Source: Bugula neritina (Eukaryota; Animalia; Bryozoa). From it: a stretch of DNA of 64,000 nucleotides. Within the stretch, counting starts at the first letter, position 1. Each line of letters opens with the position of its first letter. Positions 56,849 to 64,000 of this stretch are shown here, one piece after another. The DNA lies in the NCBI GenBank assembly GCA_964035545.1, contig OZ037769.1, positions 4,693,929 to 4,757,928 of the forward strand, read 5' to 3'. The notes under the pieces were generated by a model. It was not told where the DNA came from. It did no database searches and was given only the letters and a program-made list of their open reading frames with translations. The translations under genes were made by a program, and so were the position numbers.

Positions 56849-59800
56849 TGTGTGCGTGCGTGTGTGTACATTTCATCTTTAAATGACTTTAATTAAAAAA
56901 CTACACCGCATGAACACAGTAACTTGATTTCTGTTATACTCAATGCAAAACAAAATTAGTTCACTTGCAGATCAGTAAAATACTATAGCACAGTGACAAA
57001 GTAGGCTAAGCCAACACAGCTAAAAAATAATCGCAAAACTGAATCAGTTTTATGTTATGCTATACCTAGAGCAGGGTAAGCTCATTTCATAACTAAATCA
57101 TTATAATATCATCAGTTCGAAAAGTGACAGGTCTTTGCTTATCAAAACAAGTAAGCCTATCTTGAAATTGGGTCACATAATTTAAAAAAATTTTTTTTTA
57201 ATTCAACTTGGAAAAATGTGTGAATGTGTGAAGAAACTGATAGCAAATACTTTTCATTTATAATTACTTATCAGCAATTTTAAACATAATGTATTTATTA
57301 TTGCTATGATTCTTTCTGTCATAACCAATAAAAGTAGTTAGTAGAATTTGGTAAAACCAGGTCTATTGAGGAAACAACAAAGTGCAAAACTATTGTTAGA
57401 AAAGCTATAAGTCAATGTTTATATGACTCATGACATGTTCCAAAATGGTGGTTCAAATATGGAAGATTGTTTGCTATTCTGAGTATTAGCAACTCTGATA
57501 ATGCCAGTGGCAATGATCCTAGACATATGATGATGCTGATCAGCAAACAGACGTTTTACCTTTGGCACATGGTCCACCAGAAACATACATAGCACCACTA
57601 ACTACTTGGGGGTGGCTGGCTGCTTGACAGTAGTATTTCTTGTTCAGCCAGTCTTTGTCAACTTTAGGTATCACAGCTTGTAAATGGCTCTCATTTTTTA
57701 GACTGTAAAACAAGAAATATGTTATGCCTGTCCTGATAGGTGGATTGATCACAGTCGTTTGGCGAATGACAAGTTAAACTGCCATTTACTTGCTTTTGCT
57801 TTTGATAAATTGCTTTACAAGCAAGGTGATGTAAATGAGAGGCCATAATATATATTTGCTTGTCACTGCTAAAATAAATCACACAATTTTGCTGCTTATC
57901 TTTGAACAATCAGTAAAGTGATAGTACACAACATTTACAGATTGAAAAACCTGCAGAAATACACAAAACCGACTTTATAAGCTAAGTATCATACGCACTA
58001 TATATGTGCAATTACAACCGGGCTATGAGTATACAAACCTGCCATAGTACTATACTGACCCAAACTTTCATGGCTCAGTCATAAACTTTTTCAAACTTTT
58101 CAGTTACCCTTCAAGGCCAAATCATAATAAGGCTATAGTAAATATTAAATTCCTTGCCACAAACCATATTACTAAAATGGCTGGCAAAGTTCTAAAGAAA
58201 CAGAGGAAGTTGTGCTTACATGTCATACCGCCATCAAAAAGGTTCTCTCTAATCCTAAGTGCAGAACATTGAAGTTAATGCCACAATTTTTCTATAGCTG
58301 ATGAGATTAGTACTGTGCAATATATAGTTACTTACAATCATTGCAGATGGTATTGTGATTTTATAGAATAGGACACAGGTATGCCAATCTACCTATAGAC
58401 ATGCGTCCACTAAGGAAATATGTGGTAGGCTTATAAGATAGTCAAAATTGTCTTACACTGTGAAATTGTAAGGGATCTTGTTGGAATCCAAGGCTAGAAA
58501 AGTTAAGTTTTCATTGAGCAAGACAATTCTCCTGCTGGTCTGCATTAAATTATCCACAGGATAAGATAGGGAACAGGAAATGGTTATGTTTTCACCTTCT
58601 TCCACGCAAGTCTCTTCCAATTGAAACTTGGTAAAGACTGGAAGATCCTGAGACTGTGTAGGCAGCTCTACATACCAACAACATATAAATTTATTAGTGC
58701 AGAGCAAATTGTAAAACATATATTAATATTCTGACTGTAATCATAACTTTGTGTATATCTTTAAATGGCTTCATCTGATATGCACTAAAAGGCACTAGAA
58801 GCACCAAATAGCACCAAAAGACACTAAAGAAGCCTAAAGAGTGCTAAAATATGCTGTAGACCGCCAACTTGAAACATACACGGAACTAAAGAAAACTAAA
58901 CAGAGCTAACTGACACGAACTGAACTTAAATGAAGCTGAAAGACATGAAAGATCTTGAAATAGAACTAACAAACTAAATGATGCTAAAGAGCATTGTAGC
59001 GTAGCAAATGAATCTGGGATTTGCATGAGTTGAGCCTATTGAATTTACATAATACTTTACAGCTGTAAGACTGGCTATGAGCAATACTTATAGTTGAATG
59101 TCTCTCTTTTTATGTCATACCAATAATGACAATACTTAAATATTTACCATAAATCTATATTTGGTTCAAAAATTTGTATAATCAGTGCAACTGTAAGCTA
59201 TACTTACACAACAATTGCTTAGATTATTTGTTTTTAAATGTCCAAAATATGCCATTAAAACAACAGATTGTCTACAAATATGTTACGTAAGAGCATGAAT
59301 CAGTTTTGACTAGTAAATAGCCTGTTTTGGTACCTTCCTTATCAGATAAATCTCAATCAATTGATTCACTGCATTTAAAATGTGCACTAAAATCACGACT
59401 TCTGTATAGCTCAAAACAATGCTTTAAACATTTAACTGTAACTGTAACCTTTTACTTTTTATATAGCTATATTTGTAAACCTTATCAGCTAAAGAGTTTT
59501 AGCGATTTTGAATGGTAAGATACAAATAATTTTTAGTATCTTATGGCTTATTTGTTAGCAAGGGTTATCCATCAGTTTTATCTAGAACTTACGTAACGCT
59601 TGAATAGTGAGGTTGTTAGAGATGCTTGTTTGACCATTAGCTGATATGGCTTCACATGTAAATACAATCTTGTAAATAGAACTGGTGGAGAAGGTTGCAG
59701 GAAATGAAGGCTGGAGGGAATACCAGATCAACTGCTGTCTGGTATCCTCGTCAGCGTAACAGTGAGTCCAGGAATTGAAGGGAGATAACTTTACTCCATC

Positions 59801-60902
59801 TTTATACCTAGGCAACAATGTACCGACAGTTTGCAAATATTTAAATCTGTACTTCAAATAAAAGTTTTAAAAATTCGAAAGATTAACACATGTGACAATT
59901 TATACTTTATGCAACTAATTATACATTTAGTCTGTAAGGTACCTACTTTGTAAAACTAGAGAGGTAAATGATACCTAAATCTATTTCGCATTAAAATATG
60001 CGCATCAAAAATATTTGTGAATTCATGATATACCTACAAGAGAAATAAATTATACATTACACTAGTTATAATTTATGAACACATGACACTTTCTTCATAT
60101 TGTTATTTTCTAGTAATTAATATTGCAATTTATTTTAACAGTATAGAAACATTCAATGGGCTACTCCCCGTAGGTTTTAAGCTTTATAATAGATCAAGTG
60201 CTAAAAGACAAACATATACTGTATTATTGAATCTCAAAGTGATAATTTGCAAGATATAGCTTAGTAGTGCAAAAGCCGGTAAGAAGAATAAATTGAACAA
60301 GCTTTGCTTTAAAAAACAAAACATGTGTAATCTTGAATCTAAAAATAGTAACTTGCATGACAAAAAGCATTGAGATAAGTACTTTGAATAGTACAAAGCC
60401 TAAAATTTAACTAGCTCTGTTGATGGTAGAGCTGCTATTTTGTTTGCAATGCACTTAACAAAAGTGCCAGCTTACCAGTTGACAACAGAGAAGCCTGTAG
60501 CGCAGCACTCTAAAGACATCATTCGATCTAGATAGTGAAATATGAGAGTTTGAGGGTAAACGGGTTCACTCAGTCGATCATGTGGGTTTACAAAATCCAG
60601 AGCTAAAAATAAAGGTTTACACTGCAAGTAAGCTTTAGCAAGACAAGGCTATAGGTACTCGCACAGCGCTTTCCCTGATGAAGCTTTTTAATGCATTTAC
60701 CTTACGTAATGATGATAAATTCAGTTTTAAAAAACCGCACTTCAAGACCTAATAAAGTTCACATACCAGCTGATCTGTTGTTGGGTTTACATTCCTTTGC
60801 AGTTGGATCAATCTTGGCTCTCTGTTCTACTTCTAAACACAGAGAATCAGACAGATGTATAAATCCTCCCAGAATAAGACAAGCTACCAGTACCGAAGCC
60901 AT
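54173..60902 (-). CDS. IL-1-receptor-like Ig-Ig-TM-TIR protein, copy 3 (~489 aa)
   Basis: Exons 60767-60902, 60476-60602, 59593-59807, 58457-58667 (one extra codon), 57560-57702, 56409-56603, 55643-55777, 54653-54870 and 54173-54262. Frame and GT-AG boundaries are intact. Confidence 0.9.
56758..56845. repeat. (GA)n microsatellite in intron 5 of receptor copy 3
   Basis: Long GA run at the equivalent position. Confidence 0.95.
58973..59412. repeat. ~440-bp segment in intron 3 of receptor copy 3, absent from that intron in copies 1 and 2
   Basis: Copies 1 and 2 read gaactaacaaaccaacaaaacagtgc straight across this site; an inverted homolog lies at 43468-43910. Confidence 0.75.
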
Positions 60903-63900
60903 CTTCGAATTCACACGTAAAGCTGTATAAAAGCAGTGACCATTGATACCAGACAATACTGCAAGTAACGATTATGCAGGAGAAATAAAGTAAAACTTCA
61001 CCAGTTCTGTTGACAAACTAGTTTAATAAGTCATCCACATCCTATTTATGTGACACTGCAATAAGTAGTATGAAGTGTCGTCACAGCATGGTAGCAAGTT
61101 GAACTACGTGTTGCGAAATCATGTTTTATAGATGCTATCAACAAGAATTATATATATAATGACATATTTCCTTCAGCTAATTTGAAAGGCTGTAACTGGA
61201 GCGTTTAGTGATGCATGCTTATAAATTTTTCATAAGTAAAGCAGTTTGTGTAAAGTTAGTAACACAAAGCGTGACAGAAAAAGTTGAATATGCACACTAC
61301 TTGTTTAGTTTGTGAGCTTTGTGAGTTACAGTCTAAACTCTAAAGTCTAAACAGTTATGCTGTTTATATTCAATTCTGTAATTGATGTTACATTCATAGT
61401 TATTTTAAGTATTTTGAGTTATCAAAAAAGTTGGAAAATAATTGCAGTAGCATACATGATGAGCTTTTCAAGAAGTTTCAACTTAAAGTAATGTATGAAT
61501 TGTAAGTTATACACTTAGCAGTTGGCAACTTTGAGTTGATTAGTAAAATTTTGCTATTTGAAGACCACTACCGTGCATATCATCCCCCCAATGTTTTTCT
61601 AAAATACTATGCTTATAATGCATGCATTATTGTAGCACAGTTTAGATGAAATAAGCACTTCTATAGCATATAAAACAATGCAAAATAATGGAGTAGATTT
61701 AGTAGGAAGATCATAGTGTGAAAACAATCACTTACAAAGATTATACATATATAACCAACACAAAGATAGCCTGGTGTTTCCTGTTTATTGATACTTTCTC
61801 AGAAATGTATTTCATATTTTTTATAAATTGTGCTGCCAAGCAATATGCACACCATGATTCATTGCATAAAAATTTCTCATAAAATAAATCGCATAATAAA
61901 CATCTAATAATCGAATAAAACACCAGTTTTAAACAGCATATAGACAACTGATAAAAATCTCTAAAATTTATATTAAAAGCTAAGGTATGTGACATTATTA
62001 TAATTTTTAGATAATTACAGTTATGACTATAGTGTTGCGTAATGTATGTTACGTGATGTTTTGGCAAGCTGTGCTACATCATGTTGCATAATATTTTACA
62101 CAGTTTCATTTACTAAATTGATGGTTTCTTTTAATTTTGAATATATATATATATAAATGAATATCTAACTTTTTGTTCTTTCACCTGCATATGGATCTAG
62201 ATGATTGGCTGGGATGTTATAAATTATAAACTGAGTTTACAACCTGTAAATCCGGGTATATAATTATGGTGTTTATGTATAAGCTATGTGTGTATAATAT
62301 TTATATAATTATTTTAGATATATTGCAAGCCTAGTGTAATCACATATATATTATATCACACCTATATAATACAACTGAGCGTTGATATGATTACATGCTA
62401 AGCAAATTTCATTCTACATAATGTAATTATGTTATTGAACTACTGTAGCGGAATACAATTTTTACTAAAGGTTATTATTTAGAAAAAGTTATATCCATCG
62501 AAAACCTTTATTTGGTACAGTGTTAATTCTTTGCATATGCTAGCGGAGTCACCAAAAAATTATTGTTGTGATGCTTTATAGCTCTGAATCATTCAGCTTG
62601 CTATTTAACACACGTTACTTTCTAGGAGTAAGAAAAATCATGCTTTATTTGTTGTACATTGACATCAATAATATATGTTAAATAATAAAGTTTAAGCAAA
62701 AATATAAATTTATTTTTAATAAAACAAGTTGTATGAGAATGTGAACCAAGACATTTTTACTATAAAGTTATTTAAAAGGTATCAATGCAGTTATTCAACA
62801 GAATCTCATACACCACACGTTATGTGTATACTGTTGCTATTATACACATATACGTGTCTAATAACCTATTTAAACTTGCTATGACGTTTGTGTAGGTGTT
62901 TTCTGGAAGTAGATTACATATAAAATCTGAGGATTTCCTCATATGACCATTTCCTCAAAATTATTGAGGTAGCTTACCCAATGATACGAGAGTATGTAAA
63001 GGATGCAAGGACAGCAGTATATAGCTACTTCTTAGCTTTGATTGTATAATACTTTGAAAATAAAGCTTAATAGAAAAACTCAAAACCACACCTGAAGGTA
63101 TTTATTATATAAGCACGTGCTGACAACTATTAAAAATTAAAAACCAAAAGTTCCAGCACATTTTCAAATATTTATTTTAAGTTTGAATAGACAGCTTCTG
63201 GAGCTGAATAATTCAATATTTATTAGATTTTTTATTTTCTAAAGATTATTTGTCTGCAATAAGTTTTTTCTAACCGTCATCTTTTATTTTGATGCTGCCG
63301 TAAAATAAATATGCTTTTAATGCCATCAAGATAAATAAAGCTGAAAATGCTGAAATATTTATTATTAATAAATTAATTAATTTTTTATGCACAATATCTG
63401 ACAATAATATGGTACATAAGTATACAAGTACGCAGATAAATGTTACAGTTAGAACAATTTTAGACACACACATATATATAATTCAATGGTTTTTTTAGCG
63501 ATAAACATCAAAATAACTTATTTTAGATAGCTCACCTATTTTTAGTAAGCAGCAGCAGTGTATTTTATAAATTAGTATGTAAATGTTTATTGATGGCAAA
63601 GTCAAGAGTATTTGAGTTCAATTTTTAAATTGACACATAAGTGGTGCTTGTACTCTATTTTAGTCACATGTAAGTTATATCAATTCCTTTATTTATTTTT
63701 AGAACGATTTACTGAATATATAGAATTTACTATTTTGATGCTACTGGATGTCATGTGAGTGATTTAATGACATAAAAATTTACATCTTAATTTATGCAAA
63801 CTCTTTTTTATCCGCTTGAGAGTTATCAGTTCTTTTGTTTTGTTTACGCACCAGTGGCATGTAACTATATAAGGAATTGTAAAATTGCTCTATGATGCTC

Positions 63901-64000
63901 TTTTTCTCTTTTTCTTGTGGGAACAACAATATTCCAGATATCTAAAAAGAGATAATAATAGTTCAATTATTAATCTAAGTTTCATTTCTACAAGTTTATA

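Larger units (their letters stand above)
32150..62190 (-). repeat. Tandem segmental triplication (units ~32.15-43.2 kb, ~43.9-53.3 kb, ~53.5-62.2 kb)
   Basis: Exons, introns and flanks are collinear among the three units; for example 42790-43205 matches 61770-62190, and 43915-44560 matches 53520-54170. Boundaries are approximate. Confidence 0.88.

Overview
AT-rich, intron-containing animal DNA, most likely from an invertebrate; the species cannot be fixed from the sequence. All six protein-coding genes I can support lie on the minus strand and were rebuilt by hand from GT-AG exons with consistent phases. (1) <1-10899: a secreted protein with two F5/8-type-C (discoidin) domains followed by the start of an F-type-lectin-like domain, running off the left edge. 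(2) 19895-24757: a ~483-aa type I membrane protein (signal peptide, CUB-like region, 4 EGF repeats, Ser/Thr stalk, TM, tail ending SSQI). (3) 25820-29928: non-muscle myosin II regulatory light chain (170 aa). (4-6) 32792-39072, 44559-50831 and 54173-60902: a tandem array of three intact 9-exon IL-1-receptor-like genes (signal peptide, 2 Ig domains, TM, TIR). The array is the main point of interest. Its TIR domains lack the canonical BB-loop Pro, alphaC Glu and box-3 FW, the membrane-distal Ig domain carries a hypervariable patch, and the middle copy looks chimeric. The copies also differ in upstream mobile elements: an RTE-type LINE with a 10-bp TSD, a ~570-bp foldback palindrome with a 9-bp TSD, and a tRNA-like insert. 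Empty sites for these are visible in sister copies. Many micro/minisatellites and small MITE-like elements are also present.
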